64,000 bases of DNA from the IMG/VR virus record IMGVR_UViG_3300032087_005129; one strand, written 5' to 3'. Shown here piece after piece: positions 36,873 through 47,663 of the stretch. Source of the stretch: a virus. The number at the start of each line of letters is the position of its first letter. The stretch's first letter is position 1. The notes under the pieces were generated by a model. The model made no database searches and had not been told where the DNA came from. It was given only the letters and a program-made list of their open reading frames with translations. The translations under genes and the position numbers were made by a program.

Positions 36873-39194
36873 ATGGTAGTTTGCGACCCATTTCGTCAAG
36901 GTTATAAGTATTTTCTGAATGGTATTCATTTCGATAAGTATCAGTTCTTATCTAATGAGTATTGGTTTTTAGGTATCGGCAAGTCAACACCATGGAAAGA
37001 TTCTTTTGACAATAATACCGACACATCACCCCCAACAAATTTAGACTCAGTAGAATCAAAAATTAACTTTAGCAGAAATATGTTAGCAGCGAAAAGAATC
37101 TTTCCTGCCGATGTTTCAATGATTGTGCCAAGAATAAACTGGGAAGCAAACACAGTCTACACACAATATGATGACAAAGTTGATCTTTTCGATGATGTAA
37201 GCCCAGCAAACTTTTATGTTTTAGTTGAAAACAGAAGAGTCTATAAATGTATCTTTAATAAGAATGATTCTGCAAGCACCGTAGCACCAACACACACAGA
37301 CACAGCGATTCGTGAAGTTGCTGATGGTTACAAGTGGAAGTTTTTGTTTACACTCACAGAAGATAACGAAGAAAACTTTCTTCTTGATGACTTTATTCCT
37401 GTTGAATATTTAAATGATAGACCAACAAACACAACAAAACTTCTTCAATATAACGTTCAGCAGGCTGCTGTTGACGGTGCCATAGATCATGTTGAAATTG
37501 AGTCTGTTGGGGCCACGTTTATATCGGGCATCACTGCTGGTGTAAGTAGCAACGTTTTTGCAACCGATGTGACTGCTGGTATCGGCACGACAGGAATCAT
37601 ATCCTCAGAAACAAGTTTTATTGATGCTACAAAAATTGTAGATTACTCTGTGAAAATTGATTCGGGGCAAGGTTCTGGGCAGCAAAGAAGAGTTATCGCA
37701 GCGTCACAGGTCACACCATCATCGGCAGTAATTACCGTTGATCGTGTCTTTGATGTTGGTTTGAGTTCAACCAGTTCAAAGTTCTCTCTTGTTCCTACTG
37801 TGGTTGTTCGAGGCGATGGCTCTTCACGAAGCAATACACTAAACTCAACAAATCCTCACGCAGAATTTAGTGTTCTCCTTTCTGCTGATAATAGAATTGA
37901 CAAAGTAGAAATACTTGACTCTGGGCAAAATTATAATTACGCAAAACTAGAAGTCTTGCCAAAAGATCCCTTTGAAGATTCGTCAAATCAATCAGCATCT
38001 CTGAGACCTGTTATATCACCAAAGGGTGGTCATGGTTCAAATGTACCAGAGGAACTTGGGGCATCAAAGATTCTCTTATCTAAGTCTTTTGTATCTTCAG
38101 AATCATCTAATCTTGATGTGAGTAATGATTTTAGACAGTTTGGTCTTATTCGAAACCCAGAACTTAACAATCGAAAATTTACTTTATCTCTTTTGGAACC
38201 TACCGTCTCGACAGATTTTACTGTGGGGGAAACAGCACAACAGGGATTTACAACGAGTGCAGGTGTCACAGCGTACAATCTTGTTCGTGGCACAGTAAGT
38301 TCGTTTGTCAGTAGTGCAGTCACTGGATGCTCTGAGGTTGTAGTCGATTCAATCGCAGGACTAACCGCAGCAACAGCAGCGGGTGGTGGTTTAACTTTTC
38401 AACCACTTGGTATTCTTGAGGCAAATGATGGTGCCACAGCAACAATTATTGATGTGCGTGAAAACAAAATTGCAGGTACAGAAAAATCTGATCTTTTAAT
38501 CTTGTCATTATTGCCAACAGGCCTTTCGGCTAATTTTTCAACAGGTAGTTTTATCACAGGTAGTTATATCTTTGGTGATGGGAACACATTAACAGGTGAA
38601 ACTTTCCGAGAGCCTCTTTCTAGATCTTATGCTCTTGGAAAAGTAGATAGTTGGCAAGTAGATCCATCACTAAACTCAGGAGATCTTAGACTCAAGAATG
38701 TGTCTGGCACATACAAGATCGATGAGAATATTAGCGAGTATGATTACGATCTGACAGACAAGTTTATAAACAAAGCAAGAATACAAAAAATATCTACAGG
38801 AACAATCGACTCTAAGGTTCTATACGATCAGAGAAGAGTGCTAAATATAACTGGCGATGGAAGTAATCTAACAATTAACTCTTTCGCTGCTGATGCCTCA
38901 TTGACGTTTTCAGACCACACTGGTTCAACATCGTCTATTTTGGCTGAAGCGGATATTGTAGAATATAACTTTACTGGTGGCACACTAACACTCACAAACA
39001 TGTTCAATAATCCTGTTGTAGATAACTTCTTCAAGTCATCAGATAGCACACCCCTGAACGTTAAAGTAACAGGTGTGACACACGAACAAGAGTTAAAAAA
39101 TGTATCGAGAACTGTTGAATACATTCAAAACATAAGACCAATTAGTAGAAACCTGGAGCAAACTGAAGACACAAGAATTATTCTTGGATTCTAA
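36873..39194 (+). CDS. gp8: Baseplate wedge subunit gp8
   Basis: PR.NW....Y..YDD, FYV......VYKCI.N, DGYKWKFLFT, P.GGHGS, NDFRQ.GLI.NP, YI.N.RPI.R...Q.ED. Confidence 0.9.
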   Translation: MVVCDPFRQGYKYFLNGIHFDKYQFLSNEYWFLGIGKSTPWKDSFDNNTDTSPPTNLDSVESKINFSRNMLAAKRIFPADVSMIVPRINWEANTVYTQYDDKVDLFDDVSPANFYVLVENRRVYKCIFNKNDSASTVAPTHTDTAIREVADGYKWKFLFTLTEDNEENFLLDDFIPVEYLNDRPTNTTKLLQYNVQQAAVDGAIDHVEIESVGATFISGITAGVSSNVFATDVTAGIGTTGIISSETSFIDATKIVDYSVKIDSGQGSGQQRRVIAASQVTPSSAVITVDRVFDVGLSSTSSKFSLVPTVVVRGDGSSRSNTLNSTNPHAEFSVLLSADNRIDKVEILDSGQNYNYAKLEVLPKDPFEDSSNQSASLRPVISPKGGHGSNVPEELGASKILLSKSFVSSESSNLDVSNDFRQFGLIRNPELNNRKFTLSLLEPTVSTDFTVGETAQQGFTTSAGVTAYNLVRGTVSSFVSSAVTGCSEVVVDSIAGLTAATAAGGGLTFQPLGILEANDGATATIIDVRENKIAGTEKSDLLILSLLPTGLSANFSTGSFITGSYIFGDGNTLTGETFREPLSRSYALGKVDSWQVDPSLNSGDLRLKNVSGTYKIDENISEYDYDLTDKFINKARIQKISTGTIDSKVLYDQRRVLNITGDGSNLTINSFAADASLTFSDHTGSTSSILAEADIVEYNFTGGTLTLTNMFNNPVVDNFFKSSDSTPLNVKVTGVTHEQELKNVSRTVEYIQNIRPISRNLEQTEDTRIILGF

Positions 39195-39206
39195 TCGGAG
39201 AAAAAA

Positions 39207-42200
39207 ATGGCGTATGACCCAAGCCTGTTTAATGTAAACCCATACTACGATGACTACGACGAAGATAAGCAATTTCTTCGTGTTTTGTTTCGTCCAGGTT
39301 TTGGTTTGCAAGCAAGAGAGTTAACACAAGTACAAACAATTTTACAGACACAGGTTCAAAGATTTGGCGATCACATCTTTGAAAACGGTTCAAAGGTTGT
39401 CGGCTGTGAAGTGAACGACCAGGACGTAAAATTTCTTCGTATCAAAAACATCACAGGAACATCAAGCGTTACTGCTGCCTTCGAAGACGCCACAATTTTC
39501 AATCATGCTGGAACGACAGGACAGAAGGCCAAAGTCATTAAGGTTCTTGAGGCAACAACTTCAGACAACTTCAGTATTCTCTTCTACAAAGAACTTAACG
39601 GTAACACAGGCGCACACGGCGAAGTAGGATTTACTACAGACAATGTTCTTACCGCAACTGCATCTAATGACAATACAGCCACAGTTCAATTCACAATTAC
39701 TGGACACGTTGCAGCAGGCCCAACAATCACAGGTACTTCAATTGGCACTGCAAAACTCGTGGGTACAAATCCAGGTATTCGATATGTTGACGGTTACTTC
39801 GTTAAGTCTTTACAGCAACAAATACCTCTGTTCTTAGAAGACAGTAATTCTATTCGTGTTTTCGATGACCTTACAACTAAGGTTGGTTATAACGTAAAGA
39901 AAACAATTGTTTCAAGCACAGACGATTCTTCTCTAACAGATCCAGCAAACGGTTTCTACAACTATGCTGCTCCTGGTGCAGACAGATTTAAGGTTGATTT
40001 AGAACTTTCGAATATTAGTTTTGATCCTAGCAGCACCGCTGTTACAGGACCAGAGTCAAACTTTATTGAAATTTATCGACTTGAAAATGATGTGGTTACA
40101 AAAAGAGAAAAGTATCCAGACTATTCTTTTATTCTAGATACACTAGCAAGACGAACATATGATGAATCAGGTAACTACTCAATTCGTGATTTTGATTTAA
40201 ATATCACTGGTGGAGCAGTGACATCTCTTACGGCTAGCCTTGGACCTGGTAAAGCATACGTTCTTGGTTATGAAATTGAAACCATTTCACCTACTGATCT
40301 TACTCTGAACAAAGCAATTTCAACTGCCGTTCTTGCTGACGATTCTTCTATTAGTACAAATATGGGCAACTTCTCAGTTGTTACTTTCCCAACGGGCGCA
40401 ACGATTAACGCCTTCGGCGAGTCATTAGATTTTGAAACACATCCCACAGTCATTCTTGCAACTGGTAATGATCTGTCTGTTGGAACTGCAACCACAAGTG
40501 TTACTGGTGCTGCTGGTCATGCGAGATTAAGGCAGATTGGTGTTGAAGATTCTTCAACTGATCCTAAAAAGTTTAGAGCCTATCTTTATGATATTAGTAT
40601 GAAAGACGATATACCTTTCTCTGATGTAACACACATCTTTAGAGAGGGTGGTGGTGCAACTGCTCCTATATTCTCGTTGACAGGTTCAACAGGAAACTTG
40701 ACCGCTTCTGATGAAAACAAACTTTTGTTTGAAGTGCCAAACGTAGAGGCGATGAAAAATATCACAGACTTAGAAATTCACTTTAAGAGAACAAGATACT
40801 TTACAAACTTGTCATCTGGTGAGAAAACATTCTCTCGAAGTGATTTTGGTATCAATGATTCTAATGTTACCTTCGCGGGTACAGATTCGGTTAGTGCAAT
40901 ACCAAACAACACATTCTCTGTGGCGTTTGAGCGAGATGGTACTGTTCTTGCTGGCAATGGTCAGAGAAACGCTGACGGTAGCCAAGCGTCTATTGATCTC
41001 ACAGATACAGGCATTACATCTGCCTATGTCGTTGCAAACATGAAGATCAACTCTATTGATACTATTAGAACAAAAACTCTCACCACAAAAACACTTACGA
41101 ATCAAAGATTAGATCCTGTCGGTATTACAAACACAGAGAAGTTTGGATTCTTTGGTGGTGATGTTGATGTTTTTGACATTATCTCTATCACAGGGCAAAC
41201 AGCCTCAGGTGTTGACTTTAGTGTTACTGATTACTTTACATTGGACACAGGTCAGCGTGATAACATGTACGACTGGTCAAGATTTGTTCTTAAAGATCAG
41301 TTCAACGAACTTGGTCTTACAGCGATTGATATCACCTATAGGCACTTTGCAAGAAGTGGTGATGAGGGACCATTTATTGTAAACTCATACTCTGGTCTTT
41401 CTACGAGTGCCATTCCAGAATATACCAGCCCCAACAGTGGTGTGGTTACACGACTCGCTAACGTAATTGACTTTAGACCAGATCGTGATAGCACAGGCTT
41501 TACTTTTGGTAGCAGCCCCACAGCAAGCAACATTACAGGATCTGCGAGTAACGCACAAGCCTTAATTCCTACAAGAGAAATTGAAACATCAACTGTTGAG
41601 GGTAGTTTCTACTTACCTCGTGTTGATAAAGTTGTTCTGTCAAAAGATAGAAACTTTAAAATTGTAGAAGGTGTTCCCTCAATCACACCAAGAGAACCAA
41701 CTGATTTGCCAGATGCAATGACACTGTTTACAGTGGATGTAAATGCGGATACTAGAAATGGTTCTGATTTGACTATTCAGAAACAAGAAAATCGTAGATA
41801 CACCATGCGTGATATTGGTGAGATCGAAAAGCGAGTTGAGGATCTAGAATACTTCACAAAACTTTCTCTTGAAGAAGAGAGTGCGGTTAACGCTATTGTT
41901 CTCGGTGCTGATGGCACAGAGCAGTTTAAAAATGGTATTCTTGTTGACTCGTTTGAGGGACACAATGTTGGTGATGTCTTAAACGATCACTACAAGGCTG
42001 CGATTGATTTTGAAGAAGGTGAATTGCGACCAACATTTGAGAGTCGAAGTGTTGACTTTACACCAGATTCAACCTATACAGCAGGTATCACAAACTCTGG
42101 TGGTTCTGTATTGACATTGAACTACACAACAGAAAAATACATCAATCAAATTTTTGCCAACACAGATGCATTAGTAAACCCACTAGCGAATATTAACTTT

Positions 42201-44258
42201 ATCGGTACAATGGTTCTAACACCATCAAGTGATACTTGGTATGATGATGGACAAAGACCTGAAGTTTTAACTAATCAAGAGGGTCAAAACGACGCTTGGA
42301 AGTTTAACAACAATAGTTTTGGTTTTGGCACAAGATTTAATGATTGGAAAGCAACATGGTTTGGTCTTGATAACAGATCAAGAGGTAAGTTTATTCAACG
42401 TCTTGCTCGCCGAGGTGTCGGAATAGATGGTCTTCGAAACTTCTTTTCTCTTGTTGCTAAGTTGAGGAAAAAGGGAAGATTTAGAATCAGAAGAAGTAAA
42501 CCAAATACAATTTTCGATACTAATCTAGGAAAGAGAATTGAAAAAGACGTTGTAAGATTTATTAGATCAAAAACAATTACTATTGTTGCTAAGGGTATGA
42601 AACCTAATACAGTTGTTCATCCTTTCTTCTCTGGTGTAGACGTTAGTTCAAACTGTACACCAAATGGCGGAACTCTGGGAGGAACATTAACAACCGATGC
42701 AAATGGTTCGGTAACACTTACCTTTGCAATACCAGCCGCAACGTTTAGACAGGGTAAGTTGTTGTTCCGTCTAATTGATGATAGTTCAAACAACTCATCA
42801 AACGCAACAACAGTTGCCGAAAAACTTTATGTTGTTCAAGGTTTTGTCAGTAATCAAGATTCAAATATTCTTTCAACAAGAGAAATTGATTTCCAGCGTG
42901 AGACAGTCAAAGATGAAAGAATTTTCGAAGACGCAAAGAGCAAAGACAATACAAGACCTGGTCTGAATGATCCTGTTGCACAACTTTTCAGTGTTCAATC
43001 ATACGCTTACTCTGCTGGACTATTTGTAGAGAGTGTTGATCTTTACTTTAGAGAGAAGGGTGATGAACTTCCTGTTACAGTTCAAATCAGGCCAGTTATC
43101 AATGGCTACCCAAGCCCATCTAAAGTTTTACCTTTTGCAACAGCAACAGTTAACGCTGACTCTGTGACAACAACAACGACAATGGATCCCGATTCAGCAA
43201 CAAACTTTAAGTTTGAATCGCCCGTGTATTTGTCTCCTGGTGAATACTGTATCGTTGTTCAAACAAACGATTCGAAGCACAAGTTATGGGTTGGCGAAGA
43301 AGGTGAATATAGAATCAACACAACCGATCAAATTATTGGTAAACAACCATACGTCGGTGGTCTTTTCGAATCGCAAAACGCAAGTTCGAGAGAAGAAAAT
43401 AAAATTAAGTCACTGGCATTTAGAATTAATAAGTGCAAGTTTACTGGTCGAAGTCAGTCTGAGGGTAACAGATTAATCACATTGAAATCTGATGGTCTTA
43501 CAACAGACTACGGAACAACGACGCTTCTTGGTCACGAGTATCATGTGAATGTGTCAGAACTTAAACTTCCAACAACAGCCATTTCATATCAACAGAAAAC
43601 TAAGAAAACTGCTGGTGGTTCGTTTGAAAGTGCCGTTGATACTGAAGTGAACGATACGATTAAGTTCCCAGATCGCTTGAAGAGAGAGGTTGATCCTGAT
43701 GCAACCAACGAGATTCAACTTCTTGCTACCATGTCCTCTGATAGTGATCACGTTTCTCCTGTGATTGATGTTGATCGTTTGAATATGATCCTTATCGAAA
43801 ATAAGATTAACGCACAGCAAGATAAGATTGAACTAGAAAAATTTGCCACGCCTGTTGGCGCCACATCATCTGAGTTGCCTTTGATGAGATATATCACGAG
43901 ACAGGTTAATCTTGAGCCTGGATTTGAATCTACTGATCTGAAAGTTACTCTTGAGCAACACAGACCAAATACAACATCAAATATCTTTGTTCTCGCAAAA
44001 GTTCTAGGCGATGACAGCGGTAAGTTTGAAGAGCAGCCATTTATCAAGATGAATGCTGCGACCGCACAGGCATCGACTATTCAAGGCGAAGATGAGTTTA
44101 TTAGTGTTGATTATACATTGACAGCAGGAACAATCACTGGCAACAACTTCCCGTTCGATAAGTTTGCCGTCAAGGTTGTCATGTACGATTCAACAGACTC
44201 TGTTGATGTTCCTAAAGTTCGTAATCTAACAGCAATTGCTCATGGTGCCGCAACATGA
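39207..44258 (+). CDS. Large virion structural protein (DUF4815-like)
   Basis: NVNPYYDDYD..K.F.RVLFRPG..LQARELTQ.Q, APGADR, LARRTYDESG.Y, RRYTMRDIG.IEKR, FKNG..VD.F. Confidence 0.85.
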   Translation: MAYDPSLFNVNPYYDDYDEDKQFLRVLFRPGFGLQARELTQVQTILQTQVQRFGDHIFENGSKVVGCEVNDQDVKFLRIKNITGTSSVTAAFEDATIFNHAGTTGQKAKVIKVLEATTSDNFSILFYKELNGNTGAHGEVGFTTDNVLTATASNDNTATVQFTITGHVAAGPTITGTSIGTAKLVGTNPGIRYVDGYFVKSLQQQIPLFLEDSNSIRVFDDLTTKVGYNVKKTIVSSTDDSSLTDPANGFYNYAAPGADRFKVDLELSNISFDPSSTAVTGPESNFIEIYRLENDVVTKREKYPDYSFILDTLARRTYDESGNYSIRDFDLNITGGAVTSLTASLGPGKAYVLGYEIETISPTDLTLNKAISTAVLADDSSISTNMGNFSVVTFPTGATINAFGESLDFETHPTVILATGNDLSVGTATTSVTGAAGHARLRQIGVEDSSTDPKKFRAYLYDISMKDDIPFSDVTHIFREGGGATAPIFSLTGSTGNLTASDENKLLFEVPNVEAMKNITDLEIHFKRTRYFTNLSSGEKTFSRSDFGINDSNVTFAGTDSVSAIPNNTFSVAFERDGTVLAGNGQRNADGSQASIDLTDTGITSAYVVANMKINSIDTIRTKTLTTKTLTNQRLDPVGITNTEKFGFFGGDVDVFDIISITGQTASGVDFSVTDYFTLDTGQRDNMYDWSRFVLKDQFNELGLTAIDITYRHFARSGDEGPFIVNSYSGLSTSAIPEYTSPNSGVVTRLANVIDFRPDRDSTGFTFGSSPTASNITGSASNAQALIPTREIETSTVEGSFYLPRVDKVVLSKDRNFKIVEGVPSITPREPTDLPDAMTLFTVDVNADTRNGSDLTIQKQENRRYTMRDIGEIEKRVEDLEYFTKLSLEEESAVNAIVLGADGTEQFKNGILVDSFEGHNVGDVLNDHYKAAIDFEEGELRPTFESRSVDFTPDSTYTAGITNSGGSVLTLNYTTEKYINQIFANTDALVNPLANINFIGTMVLTPSSDTWYDDGQRPEVLTNQEGQNDAWKFNNNSFGFGTRFNDWKATWFGLDNRSRGKFIQRLARRGVGIDGLRNFFSLVAKLRKKGRFRIRRSKPNTIFDTNLGKRIEKDVVRFIRSKTITIVAKGMKPNTVVHPFFSGVDVSSNCTPNGGTLGGTLTTDANGSVTLTFAIPAATFRQGKLLFRLIDDSSNNSSNATTVAEKLYVVQGFVSNQDSNILSTREIDFQRETVKDERIFEDAKSKDNTRPGLNDPVAQLFSVQSYAYSAGLFVESVDLYFREKGDELPVTVQIRPVINGYPSPSKVLPFATATVNADSVTTTTTMDPDSATNFKFESPVYLSPGEYCIVVQTNDSKHKLWVGEEGEYRINTTDQIIGKQPYVGGLFESQNASSREENKIKSLAFRINKCKFTGRSQSEGNRLITLKSDGLTTDYGTTTLLGHEYHVNVSELKLPTTAISYQQKTKKTAGGSFESAVDTEVNDTIKFPDRLKREVDPDATNEIQLLATMSSDSDHVSPVIDVDRLNMILIENKINAQQDKIELEKFATPVGATSSELPLMRYITRQVNLEPGFESTDLKVTLEQHRPNTTSNIFVLAKVLGDDSGKFEEQPFIKMNAATAQASTIQGEDEFISVDYTLTAGTITGNNFPFDKFAVKVVMYDSTDSVDVPKVRNLTAIAHGAAT

Positions 44259-44467
44259 AAATAAGTAAAGTTCCGATTGAAGAGTCAACTTATATTCGTG
44301 ATACCGAGAGTAAAGCCATACTTGCTTCTAATCTAGAAGAAAAGCAAAGGTTTATAATGGCACAAAAAGAGAAGCAAAAGGTTATGACCATGGAACAAGA
44401 TATAAATAACATCAAGAGCGACTTAACCGATATCAAAAGTCTGCTTACAAAACTGATTGAGAAGTAA
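44255..44467 (+). CDS. Small coiled-coil protein
   Basis: RD..SKAI, C-terminal DIN.IKSDL.DIKSLL; typical neighbour of the DUF4815-like gene. Confidence 0.7.
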   Translation: MKISKVPIEESTYIRDTESKAILASNLEEKQRFIMAQKEKQKVMTMEQDINNIKSDLTDIKSLLTKLIEK

Positions 44468-44469
44468 AT

Positions 44470-47400
44470 ATGCCGAGTCAAACATCTGATCTACTATCGC
44501 CAGAATTAAGCAACCTGCTATTGTCTGATACATTCAATGAGTGGCTTAACAGAACAAATACAGTTATTGATTATCTAAGCCCCCTGAACCTATATGATGT
44601 TCAGGCTGCTACCGCTTCTGGTATTACTGAAGGTAGACCTTCTTCATATGCACTTTCAACAGGTCTTGTAACTCTAACGCTAAACCATAAAGGTGGTGAA
44701 CAAGGTATATCTGCAAATACATCTGGTGTTTTAGGTCTTGATTTCAGAGGTATGGATGATATCGCTGACGGCATCTCTAATGATGACCTGATTGCAGTTT
44801 TTGATGTCAACGCTGGTGTCACAAAGAAAGTTATTGCCTCGAAGGTTCTGCCTCTAGAAATTTCAGGCAATCACACCTTCCAGAGCAATGTTACTATTGG
44901 TGGTAACCTCACAGTCAACGGAACACAAACCACAATCAACTCTGATGATCTTCGAACAGAAGATGAACAAATTGAACTCGCCTTTCAAAATGAAATTCGT
45001 TTTCAAATTACGGGCAATGTTGGAGGCCCATCAACGCTTACTGCTGGAACTTTAACGGTTGGTCAGACTGCTTTCTATGCAGACGCAGCAGCAAACGCAA
45101 CCGCAGGTAGTTCCGAAGCAGTTGGTTTTGTTCGCTCATACTCAGCCGTTTTTGGTGCTGGTGGAACAGCAGCAACCGCAAACGTCGTTGTTCACGGCCC
45201 GTTTGCAACAGGTGGACCTTCTGAGTTTCAAAATGGTGGCTTCATCAGCACAAGCCCAACTGGTGCAATCGCTGGTGCTACACACGCTATTGTAGATACT
45301 CCGGTCGGGGCGAGTGGCTTCCCAACAGATACAGGTTACTTGAACCCTCCTGGTATTGTTATCAAAGGTGCTTCTGGTGATAAACAAATTTTATGGTATG
45401 TTGATCACAACTCTTTCTTAGTCAATACTAATCTTGGCACAACTGCTGAAGGTGCGATTAAGTCTGCTGTTTACGATTCAAAAGAGTCTTCTCTCTACGG
45501 CACTCTTGCTAACAACTTCGTGTTCAAGTCAGACAGAGGATCAAATACAGTATTCTCTATCGCAGAAGACATGACCGGTAACGTGTTCACAGCAACACTC
45601 GGAACAGGTGGTGTTGGTGGAAAGATAAACGAACTTGCGTTTAGTTTTGGTCTTTCTGGTCCAACAGGAACAAAAGATGATGCTGTGTTTAAGTTCTATG
45701 GTGGGTCTGGTGCTAGTGGTCAACAACTTTCTGGTGTGCCAAACTCAATGTTTGCAGAAAACTTTAACGCAGATCAACTTGATGGTGCCCATGCTTCTAT
45801 CACAGCAGGTGCTTACAAGATTCCCATTGCAGGTGCAAATGGTATTATCAACGAAGATTGGCTAGACAACTCAAACACACAAAGAACATTCACAGTTGCA
45901 GGACACGGCCTGACTGTTGGTGAAGCAGTTAGAATACCTCTGACAGGTAGTTTAACATCTGCAATTGGCACTACACCAGCAGAAGCAGAATCGATTGGTA
46001 TCGTATCAGGCATTGACGGAAATGACGTATCGGTTGTTCAGTCTGGTTTTGTTTCAGGTCTAGCGAACAGTTCAAAGATTGAAGGCATTACAGGGGGCGA
46101 AGTATTCTTCTTGTCGAGAACAATCACAGGTGGTCTTACAACAACAACACCATCATATGATGAGGGCCCGAATCTCGTTCAGAAACCTATGTTTGTTGGC
46201 TTCGATGGTGATTCTGGCTACGTTGTTCCATACATTGGCCAACAAGTTCAACAAGCCACAGATGAGTTGTATCTGCAAGGTATAATTCCTATCGGAACAA
46301 TTTATCCATTCTCTGGTAATGTCATACCAAACACTGACTTCCTTTTCTGTGATGGTGACCTGAAAAAGAGAAGTGAGTTCCCAGATCTGGGCGATCTCAT
46401 TACCGATACTTACAGTGTACAGAATGTTCTGTTTACTAGAACCGACGCTGACAATGGAACAATTAGTCTAACAGGTGGCACAAGAGGTATTTTAACATTC
46501 TCATCAGATAACGATCTTGGTCGTTTGATTCTTGAGCGAGAGTCTGATGGTGTCACAGCAGCAGTGAATGTTAGTGATGTAAACGAGTCTACAAAAGTTA
46601 TTACCTTTACAAGAGTTTCTGGTACACTACCTGTTGCAACAGGCGATGTCACAGTTAAGGCAAGTTCAGATGACAACACAAACTTCTTCTTGCCTGATCT
46701 AAGAAACAGAAGTGCAATCGGTATCGGTCGAAACGATACAAATTCTCTTGTAAGAACACTAGGCGAGCAAGGTGGATCAGATGATTCAGGTTCTGATGGC
46801 ACACTCGACCCATTCCTTGCTACGAACTTTATCATTCGTGCGAAGCCAGGTGTCAACGCTCTTGTGTTTACAGGACACAATCACGATGATCGTTATCCAA
46901 CAATATTAGGCGGCTCAACAATTGCAACACCAAGTGTTGCTGGTGCAACTGCATTTGGTCTAGGCTTCACTAGAGCATCAGGCACAACTTTCCCACATGT
47001 TCAGATTACTGGTGGACCAAGTGGGCCTCATATCTTCCACACCGATCACGGTGTTGTTGGTGCTGCAAATGATTACCTTGTCGGTGTTGGTTTAAATGAC
47101 AGTGCTGAAACAGTCGCAGATTCGTTTATTGTTTATACAGACAAAACAGATAACAGCGTTAACCCGTTTGATCACGGTCGTGAACTTCTTCATGTCGGCA
47201 CAGATGGTAAGCACTACTTTAGAAGTGATGGTGACGAGACTGGTGTAGAAAAATACACACCAACGACCACAGGTCTCGAAGTTCTTGGTAACATCAAGGC
47301 AATCACTGGTCAATCAATCGGTGGTGATAAAACTACATCTCTTTCATCCGAGACAACAATCACACCAGACTTTGATACGGGTAACATTCAAACGTTTGAA

Positions 47401-47655
47401 CTTGCAGAGTCAAAATCTTATACGCTTGCATCACCAAACAACATTCAACCAGGTGCTTACTATACACTTGTTTTTGTGCAGCCGAGTTCTAACCCATCAG
47501 CGATTACGAACATCAACTCAAACTATCTTTTCCCAAATGGAATTGAACCAGCACTTACAAAGTCTGGTGATGCAATTGACATGATCAATATTGTTTGTGT
47601 TCCAACATCAAGCGGTAACAAACTTCTCTGCAACTTTAACACTGCACTTTCTTGA
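44470..47655 (+). CDS. Tail fibre protein with phage tail-collar domain
   Basis: N-terminal DTF.EW..RTN; PIGTI.PF.G...FL.CDG, F.LPDLR, PFLA.NFIIR collar motifs. Confidence 0.78.
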   Translation: MPSQTSDLLSPELSNLLLSDTFNEWLNRTNTVIDYLSPLNLYDVQAATASGITEGRPSSYALSTGLVTLTLNHKGGEQGISANTSGVLGLDFRGMDDIADGISNDDLIAVFDVNAGVTKKVIASKVLPLEISGNHTFQSNVTIGGNLTVNGTQTTINSDDLRTEDEQIELAFQNEIRFQITGNVGGPSTLTAGTLTVGQTAFYADAAANATAGSSEAVGFVRSYSAVFGAGGTAATANVVVHGPFATGGPSEFQNGGFISTSPTGAIAGATHAIVDTPVGASGFPTDTGYLNPPGIVIKGASGDKQILWYVDHNSFLVNTNLGTTAEGAIKSAVYDSKESSLYGTLANNFVFKSDRGSNTVFSIAEDMTGNVFTATLGTGGVGGKINELAFSFGLSGPTGTKDDAVFKFYGGSGASGQQLSGVPNSMFAENFNADQLDGAHASITAGAYKIPIAGANGIINEDWLDNSNTQRTFTVAGHGLTVGEAVRIPLTGSLTSAIGTTPAEAESIGIVSGIDGNDVSVVQSGFVSGLANSSKIEGITGGEVFFLSRTITGGLTTTTPSYDEGPNLVQKPMFVGFDGDSGYVVPYIGQQVQQATDELYLQGIIPIGTIYPFSGNVIPNTDFLFCDGDLKKRSEFPDLGDLITDTYSVQNVLFTRTDADNGTISLTGGTRGILTFSSDNDLGRLILERESDGVTAAVNVSDVNESTKVITFTRVSGTLPVATGDVTVKASSDDNTNFFLPDLRNRSAIGIGRNDTNSLVRTLGEQGGSDDSGSDGTLDPFLATNFIIRAKPGVNALVFTGHNHDDRYPTILGGSTIATPSVAGATAFGLGFTRASGTTFPHVQITGGPSGPHIFHTDHGVVGAANDYLVGVGLNDSAETVADSFIVYTDKTDNSVNPFDHGRELLHVGTDGKHYFRSDGDETGVEKYTPTTTGLEVLGNIKAITGQSIGGDKTTSLSSETTITPDFDTGNIQTFELAESKSYTLASPNNIQPGAYYTLVFVQPSSNPSAITNINSNYLFPNGIEPALTKSGDAIDMINIVCVPTSSGNKLLCNFNTALS

Positions 47656-47663
47656 GGTAACAC

